Shown piece after piece: positions 13,129 through 27,434 of a stretch of DNA of 64,000 bases; positions within the stretch are counted from its first letter, which is position 1; every line of letters starts with the position of its first letter. Position numbers and translations under genes: made by a program. The notes under the pieces were generated by a model. The model ran no database searches, was not told where the DNA came from, and saw only the letters and a program-made list of their open reading frames with translations. This DNA comes from Patellaria atrata CBS 101060 (Eukaryota), in NCBI GenBank assembly GCA_010093705.1, contig MU006094.1, positions 1,091,550 through 1,155,549 on the forward strand. Direction: 5' to 3'.

Positions 13129-16100
13129 ATGTTCTCTACTCGGTGGGACCGTTACGGCAAGGGCGCGTCGGCGGCTCCATCGCAGCCTGTCATCGTTCGA
13201 AGTAACCCTAAGAGTGCCGAACAAAAATGGGTTGAGAATCTTCAGAAGACCTTCCCCAAGGAATGTCAGGCTATCCTCCCTGGTTTCAACGTCGTGGATT
13301 ACTTCGACAAGGACGATCTCCACGTCCACGGCTACGAATTCTTGTCGCGCGTCCTACATACTATGTCTGGCCAAAACCATTGGCGTGCTGTCAGCTATGC
13401 TGTAGACTGGAGCAATGCAAATCAATCGACGCTTCCTACGCTGTGCAATTCTGTTAACCCACATTACATTTTCCCGGAGTCCGACTTTGAAAAGTATGGA
13501 GATAGATTCATGGTCTATATTTTAGGACTCATTAGACAGGCTCTCTACACTACATCTGAAGAGCAAGCCAAGGAGAGAGCTCAACAAGCTGAGAAAGACG
13601 AGCAGTCGAAGGTGGAACAGCAGGCTAGCAGATCTCGGTTCCAGCAAGGGGTTCAATATGATACGAATCCTCCATCTGCTAATATGCAGGTTGTGGCGTC
13701 CCAGGCCCCACCACTATCACGGCGCGGCTCTGAGCTGATGGTACCAAAAGCCCGGGACTCTGACCCAAGACGCGTGGTTTCTGACCAGACTCCACAGCTT
13801 TCAAAAGCTGATCCAGTTCCCCTCCATGCGTTGGAACAAGACATTACCGTCCCTGGCCCTACGGCACCGCCAGAAATCCACCCAAGGGCTGGTAATATTG
13901 AACGCGAAACTGTACGACAGCCCTCTCTATCAAATCTAAACCCAAATCTGGGACCTCAATCTCAGCAGATATTATCGCCAGCACCATTCCAGGTACACCA
14001 ACCTCAACCTCCGCCAGTTCTTCAGGCTCCGTTCGATCCTAATACGGGTCATCTGTCAAGCCAGCATCAACACATACCCCAAGGTATACACCGAGCTAAA
14101 CGTCCTCCTCCGATAGCAGCTCTACCAGGTACATTTCCTGGTATGGCCCCACCAGGTGCATCTTCTGAAATGCCCCCACCAGGTATGAGAACTCCACGCT
14201 CTGAAGAGGCTTGGCGCAACGGCTATGGTCGCGGGAACATGTTCTTGACCCGTAGTAGACCCATGATGGCCATGATGCCGATGAACCCAGCATACTTCCA
14301 ACCTCAGCCACAGATGGGACCTCCAGAATCTATGGTTTCAATGGAGAACTTGATGTTGCCCCACGGTGGAGCGCTAGTTCCTGCTGGTTATTTTCCTCCT
14401 GTCGAACCTTATAGCAACTTTCAAGAAAACATGCAGACACAAGTTGGAACTGGCAGAGGAAGCTTCAGGGGCAGGAATAACCGAAATCGTGTAGGTAGAG
14501 CCGGGTATTCAGGTGGTGGACACGTTCAGAGACGCGGTTCGCTCAATTCCATGCAGCCTCCACCAGGTTTCTTTGGAGCCAACCCGGCACTCCAAACTCC
14601 CTTCGCTGTACGCAGGAATGAACATAGGTCCAGCGATGATACTCACTCTCCTCATCATGCGAGGCCACAATCGTTACGTCTAGTGGAGCCTTTTCCTGCC
14701 TTTGATAACGGCCCCGAAACTGCTACAACACCTCGTGTTCCGCACCATGAGCTTACCAAGGACGACACATGCGATGCCGGCTTTATTGGAGCAAATCGCG
14801 AAGATGTTACGGAGATTTTCGTGGGTAATTTGCGTAGGATGGATCCGAAAGAGCTTGAAATCAAGATTCGGCAGCTGTTCGAGACTGTAGTTCCGGTTGT
14901 TGAAGTAAGGATGGCGGATCATAACCCGAACGGAACGTCCTTCGCATTTGTTCAGTAAGTGACCATGATATAATTACGATGCTTATTGTAGAGTGAAACC
15001 CATTTCTGACTATCTAATTAGCCTACATAGTGTCGCCGATGCGCGAAAGGCACTTGAATTGAACAGGACTCGCGTCGATTTTGCGAATGAACATTGGGGT
15101 CTGCGTGTTTCTGTGCCTATCAAATACCATGAAAATGACGGGCTGCCGAGAACAAGGGAGCAATATGCGAATAGTAACCCCCGCGACAGCGCACAGAAGA
15201 TACCGGAGGATAGGCGGTTCTCATCTGGATCTATCCATCAAGGGGGCATTGGTCTCCGTCGATATTCCTCGAGTCGCATGTCTATTTCGAAAGCTTCTGT
15301 TGAGACCAACGTTCAGTACTCACCTCAGGACGCACGTAGCGGATTCAGTTTTGGTAGGCAAGCCCCTACGTCCGAAAGCACGGGCAGTCCACAGAAGAAA
15401 ATGAAAGGGAAGTCGCCCCAAAAGACCACTACGGAGCGTAAGTCGACTAGTAGCGACAATATGAGTTCAGGTGAAGCACAAGGAAGTGCCAATACGATGA
15501 CACGCTCCCTTCCAAGGCGCCAGGAGCAACGTTCCGACTCCAGCAATATTCCAACTATTGAGGAGGTCACTGCAGAGTCAGAAGTAGGAACAGGATCGAA
15601 GACCGTAGCCGCTGAGCCACCCGTCAAGTCTGGAAAATCGGGAAAGGCTTCTTCTATGAAACCACTTGATCTCACCCTCTCAAAATCTTCTAAACTCAAG
15701 ACCCAAGAAGCAGAATTTGTTTCAAAAGACCCGCACACGGACGAAGTCAAAGAAGGTGAACTACCAGAAACAATTTCACGCGCGACGCAAACAGGCGATT
15801 CTTTGCAACAATCACCCGTCGAAGTCGAAGCTGTGGCGATTTCTACTGATGCCCTTGTGGCATCTTCCCCCGAACATTCTCCTGCCAGACCAGTTGTTGT
15901 GCTTCCTACTCTAGTTCCTGCTAAGACAACTTCTGAAGCTCTGGTCGAGAGTGTCGTCGAAACTCCTACTGGAACTCTTATTCCACCTTCTGAACTGAAT
16001 ACCACGGTTGCTATTCAGTTGGTTGACAAATCTTCTACCAAAGGTGCGAAGGAAACTCAAACTAGCCTCAAAGAGGACGAGAGTCCAACTGCTCATGGTG

Positions 16101-18005
16101 CAAGCGACGAACTAGCTAAAGACGAGGTTCAGGCTCCACTAGGTCCCAAGCACGATCAACAAAACGTGGCGGCTGAGGACACTAAAAGCACAGCAGAACC
16201 CCATCCTAAACCTTTTGTCAAAGATACTGCCTCAATCCATCCATTCGCTCGTCAAAAGGCAGCGAAGAAGCAACAATCGAAGCAACAGCCGAAGAAGAAG
16301 AAGGGTCAGGAGAAGGCCGCTGCTAAGGCGAAACAGATAGAAGCCGCTCAGAAAGCCAACACTGAAGCAGAAGGTCAAGACGTCGGAGATACTGCAGTTG
16401 CTGAAGCGAAAGACAAGTCACCACTTGGTAAATCAACCAACCAAATTGCTGGTACGCATCAAAGTGATTCCGGAGTAACTGTCACTGCAAAAGGTCTAGT
16501 ACCAGAAAGTCAGACCCAGACCTCTCATAATCTTGAAGCATTCGTGGAAGAGAAGGGCGATGACAAGATAAAGGAGGCGCCTGGATGGAAGAGGCGTCTT
16601 ACGGACGCTGTAGCAAAGGTACCAGCGTATTTCGCCAAATCTCAAGCAACAGCTGAGCAGGCAAGCGAATCTGAGAAACAGGTCGAACCAAGGTAAGAGT
16701 CTACGCACTACCTAATCAAAATTGGATAACTGACTGATTTGCACTTCTACAAGCTTAAGTGGTGACACCTCTAGCAAACCTCAACTTGCAATTAATACTG
16801 AGCAAAACCGTAAATCTGATGACAATATAACAGTCGGAGTAGCAGCAACTCAAGTAATAAAGGATCCGGCAGCGTCCACACCCTCACAGATTGTTTCTTC
16901 GACTGATATTACCGTCCCCGCTATTTCTCCACCTCCTAAGGCGAAATCGAACAAGAAGAAGAAGAAGCCTAAGAACAAGAACAAGGGTAACGCTTCCCCG
17001 ACGAATGGTGCTCGCTCAACATCATATTCAATGACGTCAGGCCAGATCGTGCCTGAATCTCCGTATGCAATGGCCACCTCATCTACGGAGCAACATATGT
17101 ATGCTCCGTCAAGCTCACGGGACTTGTATGCCTTCGCCGAACAAATTGAAATTGTCGATGCGCTTATCCAAAAGAATAGGGAACATCCAAGACGCCAATC
17201 CACGCCCACCATGTCTTATCTGAGCGGTAGGCTCGATGAGGTTGTCAACGTGGCTCCTGCCAACGATTCACCGCGTAGAGCAAGAGGAACTCCCGAACCT
17301 TTCATGAAACCAGAGAACGAGTCACAGAAACATCTTGAAGAGTTATTCGGTGCCGTCCCAGGTAAGCAGAGTACTGCATCCGATGAAGCATCTGCATCCA
17401 TCCAAGAACCTACACCCGTGCAAGAATCTGCATCCGTCCAAGAAACTGCATCCATCCAAGAAACTGCATCCGTCCAAGAAACTGCATCCGTCCAAGAAAC
17501 TGCATCCGTCCAAGAGTCTCCATCTCAGGAATCGGAAACCAGTGAAGACGAATTTGAAAGTGCCCTTGAAAACAATCCTGAACAAGTTCTGGGAACGGTT
17601 GCTGGGATAACACCTGGCGATCAACACGATCAAACCTCCGCTGAAGAAGTCATCGAGAGGCCTGATTCACCCGGGACAAACTCTAGTCACACTTTGATGG
17701 GCGACAACGCGGACTATATGAAAATCGAAGAAAGTGTGCTCCAAAGTTCCACACACTCTGTTCATTCTTCACGCCCGAAAGTCCCTGTTGGGGCTATCGC
17801 AGAATACTATGCTAAGAAACGTGCCGGCTATGACAAATCTAAACAGAAGCTTTTGGACAGTGGACGCTTAGACCCGACCAAACTTCCAAAAGACCAACTG
17901 ACGCATGATAAGGTTTTGCCACCTCGCACCACGACCGAACTCTTTATTGAAAGGATGAAAGAGCTGGTTGAAAAGGAAAGGCAGCACCGGGATGACGGCG
18001 AATGA
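13129..18005 (+). CDS. Large (~1580 aa) low-complexity protein with one RRM-like domain; exons 13129-14954, 15022-16692, 16754-18005
   Basis: Three long ORFs join in frame via GTAAGT/GTAAGA..AG introns. RNP2-like EIFVGNL and RNP1-like SFAFV, then SVADARKALELN; RGG-like segment upstream. Confidence 0.75.
17386..17515 (+). repeat. Coding 18-bp minisatellite (QETASV-type units, about 6-7 copies)
   Basis: Repeated CCAAGAAACTGCATCCGT, translating as QESASV-QETASI-QETASV-QETASV-QETASV-QE. Confidence 0.9.
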
Positions 18006-18811
18006 TAAGAAATGTAAGAGCGAGGACAAGTTGGAATCGGCCGAGATATTGGATGACCATGTGTCTCTATGTCTAGTTGAACAGGTTGAATTCAATGGAT
18101 GTTAAGATGTACGATATCTAGAGAGTGATGATCTTCTGGACTGGTCAAGATATGAGGTCTGATAACTCTGTCGATGATTGAATGGGGTCTTATGAAGTCG
18201 GGTGGATAGAAAAAACAAAAAGCCAAAAATAATAATAATAATAATCGGGCTTGGATCACGGACGAATAGTATAGGTTCAAGCAATATACGCTCTGATTCT
18301 CCCCGAATACTCATAATCGTAATGCTGTTCCCATTGCACAGCTGAGTTGTTTGACATGATGAACGTAGTGAAGAAGCTCTTGGGATGCTACTACCTATCC
18401 CATCCTCTCACAATAATATGGTAAAATATATCGTACTACACAGACACCTCCATTGTCTTTATATCGCCCACCATTGTATAAAGAATTACTGCAGAATATT
18501 CTATCGTGACGTTTGAAGCTCCAAAAATTCAACCCCACAACGATCGAATTTTAGCGAGCGCACAAGCACGAGCTCCAACCAACCTCAAGCTTTCTATGGT
18601 GGGAGACGGGCATCGTTCAACATCACCTCGATCTCTACATCAAAGCTTCTCATCCTCCCATAATCAATACTAGGTACGTTATGGTCCTGGAGTCATATAC
18701 GTCGTTGGGATTACCCCGCGGTTGCTGGTGGTGGTGGTGGTGGATGTGGATGACCTGAATTGACATCTAACATAGACCCGGGCTTCTTTGGCATAGAACA
18801 AGAACGCAATC

Positions 18812-19738
18812 ATGGATCAAGCAAAGCTGGCGAAGTTGCAGCAAAGCGTGCGCATTGGTATGTCGAACCTTCCTCTCTGCGGTGGTGGTTGTTTACTCTG
18901 GGAGACCGATACATGGAGTGAATCGAGCTAATATCATTCACAGGGTAAGCATTTTCGGTTTTGTCTTCACACTATGGTTCTTGAGATACTCCACTATAGC
19001 AGTACCATGGAATCGAGCGTGTTCACTAATTCAGTTAAAAATCCCATCTCGTTAATCGCCCATGGAGAATCCTTCCCCTGCTCACTCTTCCACAATTTTC
19101 GGATTTTGTCTTTATATACGTTATCGATATGGACGGCAAGGCTGACGAGATGAATAGCGGCAAAGGTACACCCAGGCGGAAGGTCAAGAAGGTACACAAG
19201 AGCGCGGGCACGGACGACAAGAAGCTCCAGACTGCGCTCAAGAAGCTGAACGTGCAGCCAATCCAGGCGATCGAGGAGGTCAACATGTTCAAGGCGGATG
19301 GGAACGTCATTCATTTCTCTGCGCCAAAGGGTATGTATACTCTCAATTCTCAACTATCCCTCCCTTGACATTCCCTTACCTTGTCCCCACTATCTCTACA
19401 CGAATACCACAATTTCCGCCGACACCCCATCAACCCTCACCCTCCCCAACTTCCAACATCACACTAAAATTTCAAATCGCACAGTCCACGCAGCCGTCCC
19501 CTCGAACACCTTCGCCATCTACGGCAATGGCGAAGACAAAGAGCTCACGGAGCTCGTGCCCGGCATCCTCAACCAACTCGGCCCGGACTCGCTCGCCTCG
19601 CTCCGCAAGCTCGCCGAGAGCTACCAGAGCTTGCAGAAGGAGAAGGGCGAGGATAAGAAGGACGATGATGAGGATGATGACGATATCCCAGATCTCGTTG
19701 AGGGCGAGAATTTTGAGAAGACAGGGGAGGTCGAGTAG
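18812..19738 (+). CDS. EGD1: Nascent polypeptide-associated complex beta subunit (BTF3/Egd1); exons 18812-18857, 18944 (1 nt), 19158-19330, 19485-19738; probable 5'UTR intron 18674-18775
   Basis: [30 protein letters not shown]...[27 protein letters not shown]...[27 protein letters not shown]...[11 protein letters not shown] is the NAC-beta signature. Confidence 0.95.
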
Positions 19739-22700
19739 GGGTTTGTTAGGGATGGGAATAGAGATAGTGAGGGAATGGGGGGAGATTATGGATGTGGGCG
19801 GGGAAGTAGAGGGATGGGGATGGTTTGAGTTTATAGACAGCTCTTACGAGGAGACAGAGGTGAGGGTGGCGTGAAGATCCTTTCGTAGGCTAGGCAGGCG
19901 TAGCGATATATGAGAAAAGTGTAATGCGTCCCTCTTTCTTCTTCGTTGCGAATATGTCACAATGAACCGGATTCTCTCGCTCACTCCATAGGAGTTCGGC
20001 TTCCCTGTAGTTTCAACCGTGCGGAACAGCATCTCTATCTTAGCGTTCGGACTTTTTGACTGTCTCTAACCCGAGAGGACGGCCATTTTTGTCGGCTGGC
20101 TATAGACTCTCTTCGCTACCAGAAGCGTTTGTCGGTATCAATGAATCGAATCCCTTAAAGGGAACGAACGAACGAACAAACAAACTCCAAGCTACGACCA
20201 TAACAAACGTGTTCGGAATCATGGTAACTGACCTCCGCCCTCAACTTCCCCATCAGAAAAAAGCCCCACCGGGGGAAAATAAAATGGATAAGATATACTT
20301 CCTTTTCAAACATATACAGTCTATACGTACGTGTACAGCACTATGAACGTACTATATAAGTACAGTACAGCTACCGAATGCATGCATGATTCCTATATCA
20401 GCTCCAGCCGATCGTTACCGTCAACTCTCTGGTAAATTTTGCTGACTCGAGGGGTATTGGCGCCGTTCCCCAGACCAAGATGCGTGTTCTGTTACTACGA
20501 GCTACGCGTGTTGGGGTGGAGTGTACGTGAGCATAAGTGGAGGTTGGGGTGTATGTTCGTGGGCTCGTCGGAAGTTTTAATGGGGCTTGCGTGGGCGATT
20601 TGGTGCTGTGTGGGGTTTGAGTGAGGTTTGCGTTTGGGATGATGGGGCGGAGAGGGTGAGGTTGTGGGGTTAATTGTGTTTGGGGAGAGGGTTGGATTTG
20701 GGATCTGGTGACGTCGATGGGGGACTGAGGGACATTGGGGTTAGGAGGCGGAGTAGAGTCGATGTTCGGGCTGGAGGTTTCAATGTTGATGTTGATGTTG
20801 ATAGATAACTGGATTCGCTTTGAAAATATCTATATTGACTATACGTCATAAAGGATGTATGCGATATATGTTGAGTTCTTCTGTGCACGATCTGGAGACG
20901 TGAAGTCCTTGTGTGCATCGTTCATCTGATAAACTATCTAGCCACCCTCGACCTTGAGATCAAGGTTCTAGAAAAGTCCCCGCTGTCAGCATCTGCAATG
21001 GGGTATGTATGGTAGCACAACAACCGGGTATGGCGTCGGGAAGGAATGGTAGGGGCCGGGACGCGAGTGGGCGGGCTGGTGGAATCCTTCTGGGATACAG
21101 TGTATACGTTGCTCTGGTTTCTCAGTATAGAAACTACAGACGTGGGAAGTGAATAAAGCTTGGGACTTGGAAAGCAAGATGGCCGAGCATTAGGGCTGTG
21201 CCCCGGGATTGAAGATGGGGTAAAGTTTATCTGTGCAGGGTGGAGAGAAAGAAATCTATACTTGGAATAACAAGATGGATGGCTAGAACGGTAAGGTTTT
21301 ATAATTCATGGAACTAGAGAAGGAGAGTAAGGAAGAGGTTGATAATGTTTGTCTTAACTGTCATCTTATGCCTCGTGGTCGTGGAGATCTCTACGGTTCA
21401 TGATATCAGCGATGCAGCGATGCCTCTTCGACTTGACGTTTTTGTGATTGATCTTCTGTTTCGCATAAACGTTCGAAGGATTTGCTAGGGTTGTATGGAG
21501 CAGATGTTTTAAACGAAACGAAACACTTATTGGATTGGTTAGGTTGGGGAAGACAATATACAAAATATGCGGGCAGCTATTTTTGATCGACGGAAACTGG
21601 AATATGTGCTGGCTGTGGGCGGTTTTGGGTAGGCTGAGAAGGTGGTGGGTGGTGATGGTGGAGTGTTAATATAGAGGAGAACCGATAGAGCGGGCGGGGG
21701 ATTGATGTTGCAGCAGAAACTGTCAGCACACATCATAGTAGTTGATTGGACTTGTGGGACTATACAAGCGGGTGAAATGATTGTGAATTGAAGAAATGGG
21801 TCTGAAAGAGCAATTGTAAGCAGCGGAAAGATGACTTGAGCTAAGAGTTATTCTTAGCTTGGACGGAGCCGCAATATCTAGCTGTGCCGTAGAAGGTTCC
21901 TCGATCAATGGAAGAAATAGAACTTGCAGAGTACATTGATCGATACTTTCCAAAATTACTGTGAGGCTTTGTACCTGCAGACATGAGTGCTGAACCTAAA
22001 GCCACCAACATGTAGCAAGTATGCTGTACACTTCGCTTGACAGTATGCATAGGACAAGGTAATGCTGAGGATGAGGAAGTTACGATTTCGCACATGAACA
22101 GTATAGAGCAATTGTTGCCGCTATTAAATAATGTAAGCAGTCTCGATTCGGCTCTGTATGGCTTCCTTCGACATTGAGATTCTGAGAAGCATGAATTGAT
22201 AGCGTTGAGAAAATGGTTCGCTTATTCCCTTTTCTGCTTGACTCCTTTTGCATCGCCGAAGTAAAAAGGAGTTCTTTTGAGTAGCCGCTGGCCGTTGACA
22301 GTGATATGTATTGACTATCAGGAGAGGAAATGGTGATAGATACTAGCGGCACCTCCTCCTATTGTAACCGCCCGGCTTCTGTAGGGCTGAAGGATTGGGA
22401 CGCACGAGAACGTCTTTCTCCTGTAGATTCAGCGCTTCGAGTGGCCGAAAAGGCCAAACATTTTGCAATATTCAGCCAATGAGAGAGAGGAGATTTCTGT
22501 CGTGGGGTAGAAATACATGTATGAAAGCGACGGTGGTCTAGGAATCGGCCACAGGCGCTTCATGACGATGCTATTGAATTAGATAGATGATATTTTGTTA
22601 GAGAACTCGCCGATGCAGAGTGATAAAAAGACGGTGTTCTCTCCAGTGTCTATGCAAAACGTTCTTGAAGTGTGATAGAAGCTTGTGATACAGTCTTGGT

Positions 22701-24219
22701 ACTGGCATCTAATCAATCTTTGACAGGCACGACAGGTTGAGAGAGTTGAGGTTGGAGTGGTCCCGCAGATCGACTGGAAGCGAATCGAGCCAGTGACGGG
22801 ATGAAAGCCGTCATGAAAAGCTTGGCCTTGATGTTAGTTCCGCCTAGGGCAAACTAGGCCGGCGGTAAATCAACCTCTCAGGCTCTCAACACCCACAGAC
22901 CATCCCCAAACTCCCACCACCTCCATAGCCCTTGATGCAACTGCAGGCACTTCGCCGCTTTCATTCGTTGCGCATCTCTTCGATCCCGGATGAATACGAA
23001 CCCTAATCCCTCTGTCGACCTCCCGGATCTGGGAAGACTGGTGGAGAATTATCCATCCCCTTAGGTCCATTTTGCTTTGGTGAGGCCTGATGTTGATCCT
23101 CTGAAGGATTCGGTGAGAATGAATTCTCCCGGGTAAGACATAACTCAAAGATCTGAGCTGATTTATGATGGTATAGATTACGCATTGAGCTCTTGATGAA
23201 GAGTAATTCCATGAAGGGGAAAAGCAAATCGACGCATGAAAAGTGAATATTGAAAAGATTGTTAAGATGCGAACGATATGCTTTTGTGGCGTCCAGTACG
23301 CAAGGGCGTCGAAGGAGTCGAAGCACGTATATCCCCCAGTGGGCCCCCGCTCAGCACGGCTGTACGGGTGCTAAAGTCTTAGAAAAATGCGTAAGCTCGG
23401 TCCGGCCCTCTTTCCTGGCGGCTGTATGCCTCTCGATAAGATATTCAGTATCTTTTTCGCCTTTGGGGGTGATCGCCACAAATCATTTTTGGCCAATGTT
23501 ACAGGTCAACGTACCGCCAATCGCTGCTAAGGAAAGTCTTTTGCTCTCAAAAGTCCCTAGAAGGACAAGGAGCATGGCATCGGAGCTTGTGGATATGTAG
23601 CTCTGCCTTTGCTTTGCACAACTTTTGCCCTGCCATGAGTCTCGTGTCCCCGGCTCATCACACCTTGGCCCAATAGAATTCATGTGCAAGCGGTTGCGTG
23701 CAACCTACCGTTGGCGTGCGATACTGACTGGCCTGGACCCCTGCATGCAGATTCTCCGCTTCCGCAAGGGACATATGTAACCATTGTCCGCTCCATCCTG
23801 TTATCGCGACTTTGCTTCCTGCGAACCTTTTCCCCACAGCTGTCTGAGTGAACGACCTCTTTACATCTTGTCTCTCTTTTCTCGTTCAATTGTTGTACTA
23901 CTGTGGCTTCATATAATCCCCTCTTGAGGAAGCAGGAATTCCCAAGGACTCCCATAGGAAGAACCACCACCATATAGAAGACCTGTAAACAACTACCATC
24001 TCCACTATACCCAGCGGATCCACTTGTGTTTCACACCGCAAGTCTCATCTAAAATCGGAATTTTGCGCCTGATAGATCATAAGTTGTGCCTTGAAAAATC
24101 AAGATCCTACTCACACTGTTATGTTATAACCGGTTTGGCGACCTCCCGCCTTCAATAGGACCTGGCGAAAGTACCATTCAGTTCATCAAAAGCGTTGACG
24201 AATATTGACCACATCCAAA

Positions 24220-26726
24220 ATGCCTGCACTCCCAGAGTTACTCGCCGAACGGGCAGGCATTGCACTTGAGAGTTTGGAATCAGCAGTTTCAATAGCAGAA
24301 AGAGAAGTTACCGGAGCATTGGTGACTCTAATCAAAAGAGTCAACATTCCATTCAACGACACCAGTCCTGCTGGACTAATCGAGGCGAATACGAGAGATC
24401 CTTTCAGAAAGAGTGGGAAATATGCATTGGGTTGGGTGTACTTTTGTATCATCCTTTTGGTTATTGCGTCTTTGCTGCGTTTCTACCATCTTTTCACGGA
24501 TAAGATCCGCACAGCTCTTTATCAAGAAGAGGTAGCCAAATCCTCAACCACCTCATCCCCTGACACTGATTACGAGTTGTCAGTCCTTGATACTGACAAG
24601 TCAACCAATAAGTTCTTCCCAAGGACAGGACAATTACCTGCTCCTCCTAAAGCACAGTCTTCAGTCTCATCGCTTGGGCCTTTAAACAACCTCATAGCGC
24701 TGTTCAGATTCGTATTCTATCACCCGATCCCAATCATTCGATTGAAGAAAGGATGGAGGCCGATTGTCCTCCCCTCCTTAGGAGTTACAATCATCGTTGT
24801 GGCGGCCTTGATTTTCGTCACCCTGTATACTTTCCTCCCTCAACCTCTATACTGGCAAAGTATGGAATTCGGTTCGCCTCCACTTGCGGTCCGTTCCGGC
24901 ATGCTTGCAGTATCTATGGTACCTTGGATCGTTGGATTGAGCATGAAAGCGAATCTCATCTCCTTCATGACCGGAATCGGACATGAAAGACTCAACGTAC
25001 TACACCGATGGGGTGGCTACTTGTGTCTGTTCTTAAGTCTTATCCATACGATCCCTTATTACATCACCCCAGCTTCTGATGAGGAAGGCCTCCGAATCTT
25101 CAAATCTTACTTTCCGAATAGCAACATTTACATATACGGTTCCGGTACGTAAGCCTCTTTCAAACGATACAATGTTCTAACTTGAATGCAGGTATCGCTG
25201 CACTTGTTCCCCTGCTCTTCCTTTGCGTGCATTCCCTGCCGCAATTTCGGAGACGAATGTACGAGTTGTTCGTTGCTCTACATGTACCAGTTGCAATGGT
25301 ATTCCTCGGAATGCTATTTTGGCACTGCCGGAATTATCTTACATCTTACCACTATCTCTTCTCAACTCTGGCCATCTGGGTGTTGTCTTACATTATGAGA
25401 CTTTTCTACCTGAACTGGTCCAATCCGTGGCGGATGTCCTGGCTTATCGGTGATGAAGCGTCCGTCACGCTCATGCCAGAGAACGCCATCAAGGTGACGA
25501 TACCGACACAAGTACGATGGAGACCCGGTCAATACGTCTACCTTCGGATGCCGGGAATCTCAGTATTCGAAAATCATCCCTTCACTATTGCCTCCCTTTG
25601 TAGCGAAGACTTCCCATCCGAGTATGGTGAAGGTTACAGGGATATGGTTCTGGTATTCCGTCCTTTCGGTGGTTTTACCAGGAAGGTTCTTGAAAGCGCT
25701 TATGAACATGGTCCTTGGCATACCTACCGTGCTTTTATCGACGGTCCATATGGTGGTATGCAAAGACGCATTGAAGCCTTTGATCATGTTGTCCTTATTG
25801 CTGGCGGTAGCGGTATCACTGCAATCGTTAGTCAATTGCTTGATCTGATCAAGCGGATGCGTGACGGAAAAGCAGTCACAAAGAGTATTCAGGTACTATG
25901 GGCTTTAAAGCGACCTGAAACCATGGAGTGGTTTAAGGAAGAGCTCAGAATCTGTCGGGAATATGCACCACCGGACTCCGTTCAATGTCAGTTCTATATT
26001 ACCGCTGCTAAACGTCAGGCAAACACTGGTCACCTGGTGAGCGCACAAACACCGACTCGACCAGTCAGCATGTTCTTCCACGATAAGGTCAACGATGCAT
26101 TCCAGGATATTGCCGATAAGAGATTTTCTGGATTGTCAACTAAGAGACATTCTGCCCTTATCAGAGATGAGGCACGAGGTGACCCAGAACGAGAGAAAGA
26201 GTTGCGCCGAGAGAATGAGGATGCAATCACTGCTCTTCCCCAAGCTCATGTTGTGACTCGTAGTGCATCCCGAGGACATCTTGCACCACCTCACATTGTT
26301 CAACCTACACCAATCAGATCGCTAGCAGAGAAGCGACGATCCAGAAATCTAAGTCTCGACATCAATGCCGCCGTAGATGCAGGATCTGCTGCGCTTGATT
26401 CTCAAGCACAAAATAACTCCAAATCATTCGATTTTGGTTTCCCTTCAACTCCAACCGAATTCCAAAAGAACTTGATGAGGTTCGCTTTCTTACCCGCTGC
26501 TGTCAAAAAGAAGGACGGTTGGAGTACAGAATACGGACGTCCCGATATTCCTTTCACCCTCAAGCAATTCAGCAAGGACTTCGGGCGCCGAACGTGCGTG
26601 TTCGTTTGCGGTCCTCCAAGCATGAGAATAGACGTTAGCAACACAGTCGCAGAACTACAACGTGACGTATGGAGTGATCCCGAGAAAGACGAAATCTTCC
26701 TCCACGCGGAGAATTACGCCATATAA
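24220..26726 (+). CDS. Ferric/cupric reductase (FRE family flavocytochrome); exons 24220-25144, 25192-26726
   Basis: Transmembrane segments with haem histidines (LHRW..LIH, LH..WH), FAD motif HPFTIAS, and NADPH motifs DGPYG, LIAGGSGIT and VFVCGP. Confidence 0.92.
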
Positions 26727-27434
26727 GGCAATCTAATCCCTTTCCTTACCTGTCATCAACAAACCATATCATGAGAGCCCACGGTGTCTTCATGATTCGA
26801 CGAGTCTTGTTTATATATACCCTCATGGTTCTCGTCTCTCACATCTCTTTGTATCTTTTTGTACCTGCATCATATTTATACCCTTTGATATTAGGCCGAG
26901 AGCCGTTGATCATTAGCGATGGCGTCTGGTCTTTTTGTATGTATGTATTTACCCTTTCCACCGGGGTTTACTTAGGTGCGGGTTGCTGAGAACCAGATCT
27001 CTTCCATTCTGCATGTATACCATCAAAATCAAAATCAAAGTTAAATGTATTCAAGTGTCCCACCGTGATCATTCAAGTGAGGTGATATCTGAGCAAAGGT
27101 TTCGTGAAATGACGTTTTTGGGACGGCAGATGTGTTTTGCGGAGAGCTGCACATGAAGTTCTCGCGAAATTTTTGAACATCAAGCTCCAACAACCAAAGC
27201 ACAAAACCAATATGTTCTCCCAACGCCAACAACCATCTACAAACTCCGATCGCACCGTAATCGATTGAAAATGATGCAACTGTTCAATTGATGCCCTAAA
27301 CACCTCGTTCCGCTCCCAGAAGCCCCCCACTTCAATCTCCTCGCATCACCATTGAAGTAACAAACCGCAAGCACCTCGCCCTCACCTCACTCAACTCACC
27401 ACACAATCCGTAAACCTTACAGGCACCACCAAAC

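Noticed and set aside
20924..20932. ATCTGATAA (SreA-type GATA site) upstream of the ferric reductase
   Set aside because: It is 3.3 kb from the ATG, and the same 9-mer occurs in irrelevant places (near 46806 and 61552).
19900..24100. Short ORFs between EGD1 and the ferric reductase
   Set aside because: No protein-like signal that I can support; a small or decayed gene cannot be excluded.
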